IMG/VR virus record: IMGVR_UViG_3300037067_020175
Strand: one strand, 5' to 3'
DNA length: 64,000 nucleotides
Origin: an uncultured virus (IMG/VR IMGVR_UViG_3300037067_020175)
Lineage: Duplodnaviria; Heunggongvirae; Uroviricota; Caudoviricetes
In this document: positions 1 to 10,105 of the stretch, in pieces
How the letters are laid out: every line of letters begins with the position of its first letter
How positions within the stretch are numbered: position 1 is the stretch's first letter
Program-made: the position numbers and the translations under genes
The notes under the pieces: model-generated
Seen by the model: only the letters and a program-made list of their open reading frames with translations
What the model was told of the DNA's origin: nothing
Databases searched by the model: none

Positions 1-533
1 GTCCTTGTATCACTACCGTAAGCATTCGACACAGTTAGGGTAACTGTATACGACTGGAATCCCCAATATCTCCAAGCCGGGTTCTGCATGTGGTTCTCAG
101 GCAGGTCTCCACTCTGTTCCTCTCCAAATTCCCACACCCACGATGTTGGGTTATTTGTCGATAAATCGGTGAATTGAACCGCGAGGAATTCCTGACCTTC
201 ACTGTAAACCCCCGACGTTTTATCAGCAGTGAAATTGGCAACTGGCGCGAGACCACCCGGAATGACACTATCGCACACCAAATCGGCGCAGATTATTATC
301 TGTCCAACCCGCGTTGCTTCAAAACTCGTAGTTACAACCTTCGATGCTCCGGCAGCAATCGTCTGTGAAGGACTTGTATAAAATGGGTCTCCACCCTGTT
401 CGCTGAAAACAATGTGGAACGTTTCTGTTGTTGCACCCGTGTTATTTATCGTAGAGGTACAAGTAATCGTTTCGTTCAATTCCGGATTTGTTTTTGAAAA
501 CACGATCCCGTGTTGTAAATTATCACATACCAT
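1..533 (-). CDS. CARDB-like + PKD domain surface protein (runs off window start; absent from ORF track)
   Basis: Manual translation from ATG 533 (GGTGA RBS upstream): MVCDNLQ...APVANFTADKTSG...VQFTDLSTNNPTSWVWEFG...YTVTLTVSNAYGSDTRT, a typical archaeal PKD motif set. Confidence 0.85.
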   Translation of the reverse strand, partial: MVCDNLQHGIVFSKTNPELNETITCTSTINNTGATTETFHIVFSEQGGDPFYTSPSQTIAAGASKVVTTSFEATRVGQIIICADLVCDSVIPGGLAPVANFTADKTSGVYSEGQEFLAVQFTDLSTNNPTSWVWEFGEEQSGDLPENHMQNPAWRYWGFQSYTVTLTVSNAYGSDTR

Positions 534-575
534 TTGGCTCACCAATACAGATATGTGTTGTTATGCGCATAAGAT

Positions 576-1337
576 TTATATACCTTTTGGCTCACTCTTC
601 GGGTCGTACCTGACTTCTCCACCATCGCGCGTTCTAATGCGTGTTGGTAATTTAATTTTCGATGCGAGTAACTGCAATTCTTCGAATGAAAGAGAAACAA
701 CCCCCTTCGCGTTTCCCTGCTGAAGAATAACTTCCCCGTTCAACGCATATTCCTCATTGATAATACGTTGTATTTCAAGTTCTTCCCCACGAAATACCGT
801 AACTACCTGTTCGAGTTCTTCAAGACGATTTACATCCCACTGTTCGTAACAAAGATCCAGAGATCCCTGAACGTTTTGTTTATATAACCAATAGTTGTCG
901 ATGTATCCACCAACAAGCCTACATTTTGGTTTTATGTCAATCGAGATTTTATCTACGAGTTCTTTGTATATAAGCGAATCAAGACACGTCGGGTTAATTC
1001 CGCTCGTCTGGATTGAAACCCCCATGTTGTAATTCTCTATAACCGCGCGCGCAAGCGCGCTTAGAGCATCTTCCTGCAACGTGGGTTCACCACCCGAAAA
1101 TACAACACCGCTTATCAAAGGGGATGCAATATCTATCAACCCAATAATATCTTTAAATTCCCGTATATCAGATCCTCCCATTATATCCACGTTGTGGCAA
1201 TTTCGACACCCAAGTAAACACCCGCGCAGGAAAATTACGCATGCCGACTTCCCTCTCCAGTCAACGGTGGATAATGGCACGAAGCCACCAAAATTTACGC
1301 GAATGGTATCAGCCCCTTTATAGGCAAATTCCAACAA
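576..1337 (-). CDS. nrdG: Radical SAM anaerobic ribonucleotide reductase activating protein
   Basis: GGFVPLSTVDWRGK...FLRGCLLGCRNCHN (CxxxCxxC), FSGGEPTLQ. Confidence 0.8.
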   Translation of the reverse strand: MLEFAYKGADTIRVNFGGFVPLSTVDWRGKSACVIFLRGCLLGCRNCHNVDIMGGSDIREFKDIIGLIDIASPLISGVVFSGGEPTLQEDALSALARAVIENYNMGVSIQTSGINPTCLDSLIYKELVDKISIDIKPKCRLVGGYIDNYWLYKQNVQGSLDLCYEQWDVNRLEELEQVVTVFRGEELEIQRIINEEYALNGEVILQQGNAKGVVSLSFEELQLLASKIKLPTRIRTRDGGEVRYDPKSEPKGI

Positions 1338-1831
1338 TCGGCTTTAACATCAAAGTTATTTGATGGATCATTTTCCCCCTCGCACATGAACTTTGCTTTG
1401 TGGAAGTACTCCGCAGTCGTAATATATCCGAGAATGTATGCCATCTCATAAGAACTACAATGTCTATATACCGACACGAAAATGTAATAATCAGCCTTCT
1501 GCGAATCGTTAGCTGATGCAACAGAGCATTCGTATGATGGTTGTGGGTTCACAGTCCTGTCTTTTGTTTTCACCTCAAATCGGAACCCGTCGCATACGAG
1601 ATCGTAATCATATGTATCTTCGCGACGCATCCCGGATATAGCCTGTTCTACAGCCATTTGTCCAAGATATCCAACCATATTCCCTCTTCCGCCACGTATT
1701 GAATTGTTGAGCAGTCCGAGATCAATAGCTTTTGAAGTAGCAATAAACTTCATATTTTGTGTAATCGGAACCTTTACATATCCATGTTCGTCTCTCGCAA
1801 ACCGAGAAAGTGCATATAATTTTCCCTTCAT
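1295..1831 (-). CDS. Putative PD-(D/E)XK-fold nuclease
   Basis: GYLGQMAV...YDYDL...FEVKTK motif spacing. Confidence 0.5.
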   Translation of the reverse strand: MKGKLYALSRFARDEHGYVKVPITQNMKFIATSKAIDLGLLNNSIRGGRGNMVGYLGQMAVEQAISGMRREDTYDYDLVCDGFRFEVKTKDRTVNPQPSYECSVASANDSQKADYYIFVSVYRHCSSYEMAYILGYITTAEYFHKAKFMCEGENDPSNNFDVKADCWNLPIKGLIPFA

Positions 1832-1983
1832 TGTAAACCCCTTTTACCGAGCATTTGTTCTCGCATCTTTACCGAAAAATAACAACCACGCGTGTATTTC
1901 AGTTCCCCGCACGATATTGGGAAAATTGCGCAGTCGTCCGACTCTTTTTTAGAGTGGACGCAATCGGTATCTTTCTCTTCCAT
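1828..1983 (-). CDS. Small Cys-containing hypothetical protein (51 aa)
   Basis: MEEKDTDCVHS...GLQ*; fills the gap between flanking genes with an ATGA overlap. Confidence 0.45.
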   Translation of the reverse strand: MEEKDTDCVHSKKESDDCAIFPISCGELKYTRGCYFSVKMREQMLGKRGLQ

Positions 1984-1984
1984 A

Positions 1985-3349
1985 TCACTGGCTCGCTTTT
2001 GTTATCTCGCGGAAAGCATCGTTATAAGTGTCCTTATCGATTTCAATGCCAATGAATTTTCGGAGTGTCATTTTTGAAATTATACCGTTAGTACCGGCTC
2101 CCATGAATGGGTCAAGTATGACATCTCCGGGTTTTGTGAACGCATCAACCATAGGGAGAGCTTCTTCAGCAGACTGTTGCCAGTCATGCACAGACTTCTC
2201 CCGACCACTTCCCTGAACGAGATCATTATACATCTTATATGGTTTGTGTATGGGTGGCTTCATAGCGATCATTATAGGCTTGAACCCACACATTGCTCCA
2301 ACCGGGTGAACCGCAGCGAGAAACCCAGCGTGTGCAAGCGCGCATTCCCAATAGAACTTGATCGCGTCCTTCCCGAACGAAACCCCACACTCGCGCAATC
2401 CATCGAAATATTCTGGAAGACGTACATGTCCAAGATAGGTGACAACAACACCTCCGGGTTTTAAGATACGGTTACATATCGACAGGAATGGGGCGATATT
2501 CTCTTTCCATTCTTCGACATAAGGAACATCTGTGAGAATCATGTCTATGGAGTTGTCTGCAATCTTTTCCTCATATTCGAAGAAGTCGTCGTTTATAAGG
2601 AGTATGGTGTCTGGGAGTTTCTTCATCTCTTCACCAAGACTTGCGAATTCCTCTCTCTGTTTCGCGCGCGCTGCGTTTGTTGCACCCTCTTTAACGTTCT
2701 TCACATCTCCTTCGAGAATACTTTTAACAACACGCAATTGATCTGGTTTTGAGTTCATCTTTGCTAGAAGGATGAGCTCCTTCTTACTGTTGGCAATCGG
2801 TGTATCGCGTATTAGATTACGGACTTCCTCGTCAATAGCGGTTGCAATCTGTAAATTCTCCTGCATACTTCGGAGAGATATCCCAGCATCTGCTGCAAGA
2901 ATCTTCGAAGCCGCCTTACCCTTTTTCTTTGGTTTCTGATCGGTATCACCCGACAATTCTTTCTCACGTTCGTCAAGCGCGTTTAAAATCTCTTCGCGCT
3001 CCTTCAAATGTTCCGACGTTTCAAGAGCCGTGAGATCTTTGTGGAGAAGGTTGTCGTCTATTGAGCACAGCCGGTTTAAGAGGTCGTCCTTAGGAACTAC
3101 ATTTGCCTTTATAGTTTTCCACCCAAGTTGTTTTGCTGCCGCAAGGCGATGATTACCGGCAATGAGGACATTGTTTTCGGATACGGTTATAGCGTGTTGG
3201 AGACCGATCAGTTTAAGGCTACCAGCAAGTGCAGTGACGCGTTCGTTATCTACTGGTCTACGGAGTCGCGCCGGAGAAATGATTTCCGAAATGGTAATTA
3301 TGGTCTCTGAACCACTATCACCCTCGTGTTCTTTTGATATTTGCATCAT
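1985..3349 (-). CDS. ParB/Srx N-terminal domain fused to N6/N4 DNA methyltransferase
   Basis: GLQHAITV...LIAGNHRLAAAKQLGW (ParB); DMILTDVPY and VILDPFMGAGT...FIGIEID (beta-class MTase). Confidence 0.85.
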   Translation of the reverse strand: MMQISKEHEGDSGSETIITISEIISPARLRRPVDNERVTALAGSLKLIGLQHAITVSENNVLIAGNHRLAAAKQLGWKTIKANVVPKDDLLNRLCSIDDNLLHKDLTALETSEHLKEREEILNALDEREKELSGDTDQKPKKKGKAASKILAADAGISLRSMQENLQIATAIDEEVRNLIRDTPIANSKKELILLAKMNSKPDQLRVVKSILEGDVKNVKEGATNAARAKQREEFASLGEEMKKLPDTILLINDDFFEYEEKIADNSIDMILTDVPYVEEWKENIAPFLSICNRILKPGGVVVTYLGHVRLPEYFDGLRECGVSFGKDAIKFYWECALAHAGFLAAVHPVGAMCGFKPIMIAMKPPIHKPYKMYNDLVQGSGREKSVHDWQQSAEEALPMVDAFTKPGDVILDPFMGAGTNGIISKMTLRKFIGIEIDKDTYNDAFREITKASQ

Positions 3350-3394
3350 TATGAATTATATTTGGTGTTTGAGTATAAAAAGAGTTGGATCTCA

Positions 3395-3877
3395 TTACCG
3401 CTTCAAAATCCGCCCGATTGTCTCTTCGATTCCACATTTTGTCCAATATGCGGCATTATTGAAAATTCTGTCAACAGCAATGGAAACTTCGTCTCTCGAA
3501 ACACTGTCGTATACGCGTATACGATCCGGGGATATGCTTCCACCAACACGGACGTTCCACGGCATGTATATTTCGATTTCGAGTCCAGTGACATCAACCT
3601 CGAATATAGTTGCACCCTCGTTAACATCGTCGGAAGTGTATCCATTATATATCCACCACGCGATTATCCATCGCAACGCAGTGTCGGGTTTACTTGCAAC
3701 GTAAATCGATTTCTGACAAGAGTATTCTTCCCACGCACGGGATTTACACGTTCGCAACCCTTCTTCAAGTATTGGTAATTCATTCCTCGCAAACGTCGCG
3801 TGATAGTAAATACATTGCTCTCCTTTATCACAAACGTGTGTCCTTCGTCTTACCATCAACAACAATTCAATCCTCAA
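3395..3877 (-). CDS. ADP-ribosyltransferase/Tpt1-like fold protein
   Basis: YYHAT...ILEEGLR...SIYVAS...IFEVD...GSISPDRI pattern typical of ART-like viral proteins. Confidence 0.45.
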   Translation of the reverse strand: MRIELLLMVRRRTHVCDKGEQCIYYHATFARNELPILEEGLRTCKSRAWEEYSCQKSIYVASKPDTALRWIIAWWIYNGYTSDDVNEGATIFEVDVTGLEIEIYMPWNVRVGGSISPDRIRVYDSVSRDEVSIAVDRIFNNAAYWTKCGIEETIGRILKR

Positions 3878-4097
3878 GGTTTATATATTTTTCCACACGC
3901 GGGGCTCCGCGCTTAAAGTTAAGCAATTGTTCCTTTTTAGTTAAGCACTTGTGTACAAAAATTGTGCTTTTTTTTGGCACCGAAAACGAAGGACTGAACC
4001 CGGATGGGTTTTTTTGAAAAAATGAAAAATCGGGTTATTTCCTCAATATTGGTTTGTTTTTTAAAAACAACTAAAAATTGGACGATAAAAACGAATC

Positions 4098-4360
4098 GAA
4101 TTAGGTACTCCGATTTCGAAAATAACCCCAATTTGGGTATCAAAATCGTTATTTGTATGGTAAATTGAACGTTTCAGATTTGGGATTTTCCTAAGGAATA
4201 GTACACAGTAGGCTTTAGTGGTGAAAATGACGATAATTTGAGGTTCTTTAAAGAATTTGTGATGTTTTGAAAGTTGTTTTGCGAATTCGAGTACCTAATT
4301 CGCGCCAATCGGAGATCTGTGCAACCACAATGCCCGAATCATGTGACCGAGTACCTAATT
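4098..4360. repeat. Three copies of a 12-13 bp motif (one inverted, two direct) in an AT-rich noncoding region; origin candidate
   Basis: GAATTAGGTACTC 4098-4110; GAGTACCTAATTC 4289-4301; CGAGTACCTAATT 4348-4360. Confidence 0.7.
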
Positions 4361-4454
4361 TGACTGAATTTGGAATCAGACCAATTTGCAAGGGTATTCC
4401 GACGGAGCATTGTGGGGCACCCCCCATTGTGTAATGTGTCATTGTAAACCATTA

Positions 4455-7400
4455 TTATAACCCACTGGAAGTTGACGATGGTGGATCTCCGTAGAGATCT
4501 TTGTCTGGAAGTCTGTAATACCGAACGTTATCCTCGAATGTGCTGCGCAATAGACTTGCACGAACCATGATTCCAAGTGCCTTTTTGATTTTGTCAGCCG
4601 TTAGATTTATTTTTCCTTTAGACCCGCGCATCAAATTTGATATCAGGGATTTCTCCGCTCTCTTGCCACTTTTGACAAGTCCGGGATCTTTGAGCACACG
4701 ATCTTTTATTTCCGGATCTACCAGTGCGTTTGCTTTAAACTTGGCTTCAATCTGTTCCTCGGATTCCAAAAATTCGTCCAGTTTCGATAATCTGATTCCG
4801 GACATACCACCGATATCTTTACCGGATCTCTGGTATTTATTCAGAAATAGTATGCAATAAGGGCGGTGTGATAATGGTATCGCGGATTGATCTCTGATCG
4901 AAAGATTAACAGCCCGTGACACCTTCTTTGGTATTGCAGACAACCGCGCGTGGGCTTGGTGTAGAACAGAGTCGAGTTCTTCGATATTTCCACCGGATGG
5001 GAATATTATCTGCATTTCTCGCATACTCTGCATCACGTTTGGCAAAATTTTTGAAGCGTCGGCATTACGTATAACGATTATCTTAACATCGTCCTCCTTA
5101 GTTGACATGATTCCGGGGTGGTTTATAGGATCAAATTCGTAATCCATAGTGGGAGAACATCGCAACACGCTGTTTGTTACTTCATCACTTATGATCTTTG
5201 TTATAATTACATTACATTCATAAACCATATTGGTATTGCCCTGATCTTTCCAATATTCTTTCATCGCATTCCAGTATGGAACCGCAAAGTTTAACGCATC
5301 TGCGAATATTACATCGTAGAATGGAATATCGAGACCACGCGATAGGGTAGAGTTTGAATAAAACACATTCGCCTTTCCCGTTTCCCAGTTGAAGAACTGG
5401 TCTATTTCCGTATCATCCGAACTACAAATACATCGGGATTTGAGATGTTTCTGGAGAGATTCCTGCTTCATCTTGCTTGATTCCAGTACTAAGAATGGGA
5501 CAACCGGGTTTCCGCCTTTCTCATTGTCCTTATTACTCTGAATAAGCATATTCATTAATCTATAAAACATTTTTGTTTCTGTTTTCTTCTTGTCGGACTC
5601 AAGCTTCATTATCATAAAATTTTTCGAGTATTTGAAGCTGTTTATTTCTATAATCTGACTCTCTTTTTTATAGTCCTTCCCACATGCCTCTTTTATATAC
5701 ATTTCGGATTCTGTTGCCCCGATAATAACGACGTGTTCGTAGTTTTCCTCTGGTATATAGAGAATTTCTCTATCTGCAACGAAATGTAGCGATTTTGGTC
5801 TGTTTCCAACCCAGACGAATGATATTTTACCGACATGGATGAGTGGTGCGAACACGTCGTATATATTACTATCACGACCACCATCTATCTCGCGCTCATA
5901 CTCCTGAAGTTTTTTCTTGATCTCGTGCTTTTGCTCGGATGTGTATTCGTTTGAAATATCTATAGCACGTATGGCTTCCAGTAAGTCTTCTGAATCGTCA
6001 GCGTGTTTTTTGTTTATAAAATCGGCAACGAGACCGTCTATCTGATTGAGAATGTTTATCATTCTCAGGAGTTCTTTGTCAACCCACGGTATTCGCTTCT
6101 TGTCGGATATGACTTTTTCTATAGCGTCACACGTCTGTATTTTGGATATCATTGCATTTGAACATACGAGAGATGTTCTACCAACGTGTGAAAATGACAT
6201 TATTTCATAACCCTGTGGATAGAATACTTGACATACCGGGTCTTCATCTATGATGAGTAGATTTCGATTCGCCTTCTTTACACCACGGATGTTGTCTTTG
6301 TTCATCAAGAAGAAAGGGATTGTGAAGCAATAGTCTGCTGCATTTTCTGCAAGCATGAGCATAAAGTATGGACACACATTTTTAATTGGCATAAGCAGGT
6401 CGGGTGTGAGAACGCGATATTCATCGAGTAGTTCGTATGCCGTATTGATTGCTTTTCCCATAGAAAGGAGATTCTCATCAGATCCGACAAATGGGTGGGG
6501 GCATTTTGGGCAGTTCTGGCAGTTTACTCCACCCTCACGGTTGCAACACTTGTCCTTACCGGCGAGATATACCGCAGTTTTACCTTTCGGTATATATTTC
6601 TGGAATATATTCATCGCGTGGTTGATGATTTCGTGCCGGTTGGTGCAATAGACGCCATTCCCATTCTGAGCGAGCCATAACATGGATCTATCTGTCTTCC
6701 CCAGCCGTGGTGGTGCTTTTATAAGCGTCCACCGGTGGGAATCTGGAACTGTTTGTGGGAGAACGTCGAATTCCTTTTTTCCAATATCGGTGAGGTTTTG
6801 TTCGATTACCTTTGTATAATCCGGGTTATATTTGTTAGAAGAACGCGCTTTGTCAACGGTTTGCATAAGATAATCGAGACGGAATACTTTGTCGTAAGGT
6901 CTATATCGCTGGAGAATTGACGCGCGTTGATTATCATCAAACCTATAGTAGTCAAGACGCAGCGATGTTCTGAAATCGGCTTCGGATCTACTCTTTCTAT
7001 CACCGATGTGGTCTGCTCCCTTTAGAAGATCATCGAGTTCTTTATCTTTCTTACGGATTTCTTCTATTGTCATCCCGACTTCGTTTATAAACTTAGCATC
7101 ATTCCCGATGGGGGAAATTTTATCAACTTTCAGATGAGATTTTACTTTATCCTTTTTGTAAATTTTCTGTTTGTCTTGCTCCATTATGAACCATTTCGGA
7201 AGGTTCTCACTGTTTATTTTTTTAAGCGGTCTGTCCCGAATTACGGTATACATACCGGTTGCGCCTTTTGTATGCCCTTTCTTATCGTAGTCGAGAGGGA
7301 CATAACTTCCGGGAAACAAAACGTACTGTTGGTTTGTACGAATTTCTCCAGAATCCTTTCCTTGATACATCAATTTTGGATTTGCGGCATATCCGTTATC

Positions 7401-7784
7401 AACAAAATATTTTGTAAGACCGTCATTTATAAAATATAACTGGATACCACCAGATTTTGTTTTTATTGTAAGGGTGTCGTAATGTTCAATAAGTTCGTTC
7501 ACTACCGATTCTGGTATAGAAAACTTACCTGCGGTAAGGTCTATATCCATAAAAACAACACCATCTGTGTGAGCTACGGCTGCAATGTTATAATTTTTCT
7601 TCTCGATTAATTCCCTGCCATAGTCGAAGGAAAACGTTCTTCCTTTCCAACTCATACCACCGTGTGGTGTCTTCTCGTTTTCGCGGATATCTATGAGCTG
7701 GATGTAAACATCCTTTGGCAACTCTTTAAATCGTGCAGCGGCTAAATCGAATTCACGCAGTCGGTCTTTCAGCGATATTCCCAT
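4455..7784 (-). CDS. Primase-polymerase (Prim-Pol) fused to an SF2-like helicase with a Cys cluster
   Basis: N-term FMDID, KTKSGGIQLYF, GEIR..YVLFPGS, SRSEADF; C-term APPRLGKT, GKDKCC..C..C..CPYF, LIIDED, SRGLD. Confidence 0.7.
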   Translation of the reverse strand: MGISLKDRLREFDLAAARFKELPKDVYIQLIDIRENEKTPHGGMSWKGRTFSFDYGRELIEKKNYNIAAVAHTDGVVFMDIDLTAGKFSIPESVVNELIEHYDTLTIKTKSGGIQLYFINDGLTKYFVDNGYAANPKLMYQGKDSGEIRTNQQYVLFPGSYVPLDYDKKGHTKGATGMYTVIRDRPLKKINSENLPKWFIMEQDKQKIYKKDKVKSHLKVDKISPIGNDAKFINEVGMTIEEIRKKDKELDDLLKGADHIGDRKSRSEADFRTSLRLDYYRFDDNQRASILQRYRPYDKVFRLDYLMQTVDKARSSNKYNPDYTKVIEQNLTDIGKKEFDVLPQTVPDSHRWTLIKAPPRLGKTDRSMLWLAQNGNGVYCTNRHEIINHAMNIFQKYIPKGKTAVYLAGKDKCCNREGGVNCQNCPKCPHPFVGSDENLLSMGKAINTAYELLDEYRVLTPDLLMPIKNVCPYFMLMLAENAADYCFTIPFFLMNKDNIRGVKKANRNLLIIDEDPVCQVFYPQGYEIMSFSHVGRTSLVCSNAMISKIQTCDAIEKVISDKKRIPWVDKELLRMINILNQIDGLVADFINKKHADDSEDLLEAIRAIDISNEYTSEQKHEIKKKLQEYEREIDGGRDSNIYDVFAPLIHVGKISFVWVGNRPKSLHFVADREILYIPEENYEHVVIIGATESEMYIKEACGKDYKKESQIIEINSFKYSKNFMIMKLESDKKKTETKMFYRLMNMLIQSNKDNEKGGNPVVPFLVLESSKMKQESLQKHLKSRCICSSDDTEIDQFFNWETGKANVFYSNSTLSRGLDIPFYDVIFADALNFAVPYWNAMKEYWKDQGNTNMVYECNVIITKIISDEVTNSVLRCSPTMDYEFDPINHPGIMSTKEDDVKIIVIRNADASKILPNVMQSMREMQIIFPSGGNIEELDSVLHQAHARLSAIPKKVSRAVNLSIRDQSAIPLSHRPYCILFLNKYQRSGKDIGGMSGIRLSKLDEFLESEEQIEAKFKANALVDPEIKDRVLKDPGLVKSGKRAEKSLISNLMRGSKGKINLTADKIKKALGIMVRASLLRSTFEDNVRYYRLPDKDLYGDPPSSTSSGL

Positions 7785-7925
7785 ATAAACACGCCCTCTT
7801 TTGTAGAAAGTCTTTTATACTTTCGCCGACAAACGCTATACCATATCTGGTCGTTGTCCTTCACCATTCTCATCCCCAAGTAAGTATATGTTGGCTTCAC
7901 CAGATTATTATTCTTTGCATCACAC

Positions 7926-8618
7926 TTAATCGCACCCGATTACTTGTTTTGAATTAGGGATGATCCCGTGTTCTTTTACAAGTTGTTCGATTATGTGTTT
8001 TCTGTGAAATTCCTTTGTGAGATCCAAAAACTGGTCTCTATACGAATCTAAGTCTTTTCTTGAAATTTCGTGGGTGTGCGCGCGCAGGTAAGTATTCCCG
8101 AACGTGTTCGGGTGAATAGAAATCAACATAGCGCGCTCTGGCGCGCTTCCAAGCAACTGATCATATCCACCCATCTGGATACAATGAGTTTCGTATATCT
8201 CTTTGCTTGTTTTTAAGTCTGCTAATGTATACATCCCCCCAATTGGTGCTACAAGATCGGGAGTTCCCGAATACGTATACTCGTTATCAAACATCAATCG
8301 TTCTATCTTACGTGGATACCCGATATCAAGATTGAGTTCGTCCCACATAATCTCACAGGTATCCACCTTTTCCATTGCCCCAACCGGGAGTTCATCCGGT
8401 TTAAAGTTTGGCGGTTCGAGTGTCGAAGGTGATAACTTGTTCAGGATACGATAATGAGCAAGTGTTCCTATGATTTGCGATGCTTTCATCTTCTCTACAC
8501 CGTTCTTGCCACTTGAGATTTTCCACGCTGCCAGACGCTCAGGTACAGGGAGCGTGTTCGAAATTATAGTGGTCACAGACGGATAAAGTTTGCCGCCAAT
8601 AGAATAAATATGCGAAAT
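7926..8618 (-). CDS. PD-(D/E)XK exonuclease (Cas4/RecB-like viral family); probable non-canonical start upstream of the GTG at 8576
   Basis: HIYSIGGKLYPSVTTII, GTLAH, YSGTPDLV, LADLKTS, QMGGY. Confidence 0.75.
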   Translation of the reverse strand: MSHIYSIGGKLYPSVTTIISNTLPVPERLAAWKISSGKNGVEKMKASQIIGTLAHYRILNKLSPSTLEPPNFKPDELPVGAMEKVDTCEIMWDELNLDIGYPRKIERLMFDNEYTYSGTPDLVAPIGGMYTLADLKTSKEIYETHCIQMGGYDQLLGSAPERAMLISIHPNTFGNTYLRAHTHEISRKDLDSYRDQFLDLTKEFHRKHIIEQLVKEHGIIPNSKQVIGCD

Positions 8619-9085
8619 GTGTATCAGTCCTTATTAATGACTGTATATGGGTTTTAATCATTAAAAAAGGTTTGTGTATAAACGGTATTAATTGGCGTCT
8701 TTTGTAAAACAGAGGTGAGAATTAACGTCCGGGAACCAAATGAGAACCTGATTCGGCACTGCGATTATAATTTTCCCAAATCCCCACTCTTTATATTTTG
8801 GGTCTGACAGTCGTATTCGGCGACAATTTTTTATAGAATCGAACGTTTTTTCTTTTCTTAAAGATTCATGACTGAACCGATCATTGGATTCAACCGGTTG
8901 TGGTGTTTCGCGTGCGTAATTTTCGCACGGGTCTCTACATTGCTGGCGCGCTGGTGGTTTATTGCGCCGGGTGTTTGTTCCTCTAAAGAGCTTAAGCTGT
9001 GGTATAATTGCGATTCCCCCGGAATATATGTATTGGTATACATTGCGCATCTTCCATATTGTTATTATAACGTTGTGTCGCTATC

Positions 9086-9093
9086 TTTAAATA
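9086..9093 (+). promoter_or_regulatory. Archaeal TATA box TTTAAATA (representative; also near 16269, 24795, 26178, 29388, 34112, 48432, 54808)
   Basis: Recurrent TTTAAATA a short distance upstream of starts of transcription units. Confidence 0.6.
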
Positions 9094-9148
9094 CCTTGTC
9101 ATACTATACATTATTATAACTAAAATAATTAAAATGGTATGGTGACTT

Positions 9149-9493
9149 ATGAGTGTAAAAATCAAATGCCCCGTATGTGAAGGGTGTGGAAAAGTTCCCG
9201 GAAATTTCGGTTGTGGGTGTTCGTCGTTTGACAAACAATGCCCAGCTTGTGGCGGAACTGGTATGCAAGAGATTTCGGAAGATTGTTTCAGAAAGAGATG
9301 TTATCCGTGGAGATATGTTCCATACATCCCATGCACACAACCTTATAACCCGTGGTATCAGACATCTTGGACTATTTCATCATCGGATACTACTGGTGGT
9401 GGACTCAACGGATTGAATCTGTCGCAATCGAATACCTATTGCGCGGTTCCATCGACCACAACTGCCACAACGCGCATAAAAGAAGGCGCGTAG
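9149..9493 (+). CDS. DnaJ-type zinc-finger protein
   Basis: CPVCEGCG and CPACGGTG. Confidence 0.6.
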   Translation: MSVKIKCPVCEGCGKVPGNFGCGCSSFDKQCPACGGTGMQEISEDCFRKRCYPWRYVPYIPCTQPYNPWYQTSWTISSSDTTGGGLNGLNLSQSNTYCAVPSTTTATTRIKEGA

Positions 9494-9504
9494 ATAATTT
9501 ATAC

Positions 9505-9879
9505 TTAATCTTTCAAGAACACTGCGGCAGCTAAAATTCCAACTACGAGGGCTATTCCTATAGCAACCGTTGGTGGAATTTTGTTTTCCCCGCACGATCC
9601 ATAATAGTATTCCTCGGCACCACACGTGGTTCCATTGGATAGTTTGCACGTTGACGATGCTCCATCGTATATTCCTCCGCGCGCAAGACAAAAGGATGCG
9701 TATGGTGAAAGTATATCTTGGTCTTGGTCTTCAACATCCGGGTATTCAATTGATTTTATTTTAATTCCCATAGGAATTTTTTCTGGTTCTGCGGTTTCCT
9801 TTATATTATCGGTTTCGTCCGGGACATAAACGTATATCGGCACGTTATCATCGTCGTATCCACGGAATTCCATCCCCAT
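9505..9879 (-). CDS. DUF333-like domain membrane-anchored protein
   Basis: PYASFCLARGG...CKLSNGTTCGAEEYYYGSC followed by a C-terminal TM helix. Confidence 0.65.
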   Translation of the reverse strand: MGMEFRGYDDDNVPIYVYVPDETDNIKETAEPEKIPMGIKIKSIEYPDVEDQDQDILSPYASFCLARGGIYDGASSTCKLSNGTTCGAEEYYYGSCGENKIPPTVAIGIALVVGILAAAVFLKD

Positions 9880-9892
9880 TATATCTCCGTGG

Positions 9893-10105
9893 TTATCGGT
9901 GATATCTCCGGCTCTTCTTACGCTTATCCTTATTTGTTATGAGATATGATATCCCAACAACTCCGGCGAAGAGAGCGACAACAGATATAATCCCCATTGG
10001 TTCCGGAACTTCTTCTACCGGGTTGAACCCATAAATTCCGATATTTTCTCCGAATGGTGAGGATACACTTTGTATCACCCCATCACAACTGCACGCCATG
10101 ATCAA
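9893..10105 (-). CDS. Small membrane protein
   Basis: Single TM helix followed by a basic tail. Confidence 0.6.
   Translation of the reverse strand: MIMACSCDGVIQSVSSPFGENIGIYGFNPVEEVPEPMGIISVVALFAGVVGISYLITNKDKRKKSRRYHR

Noticed and set aside
7926..8618. CRISPR adaptation Cas4
   Set aside because: It lacks the four-Cys Fe-S cluster and cas context; a generic viral PD-(D/E)XK nuclease is more likely.
8688..9050. 120-aa minus-strand ORF
   Set aside because: It could be real but has no recognisable motif and competes with overlapping ORFs; not supportable.
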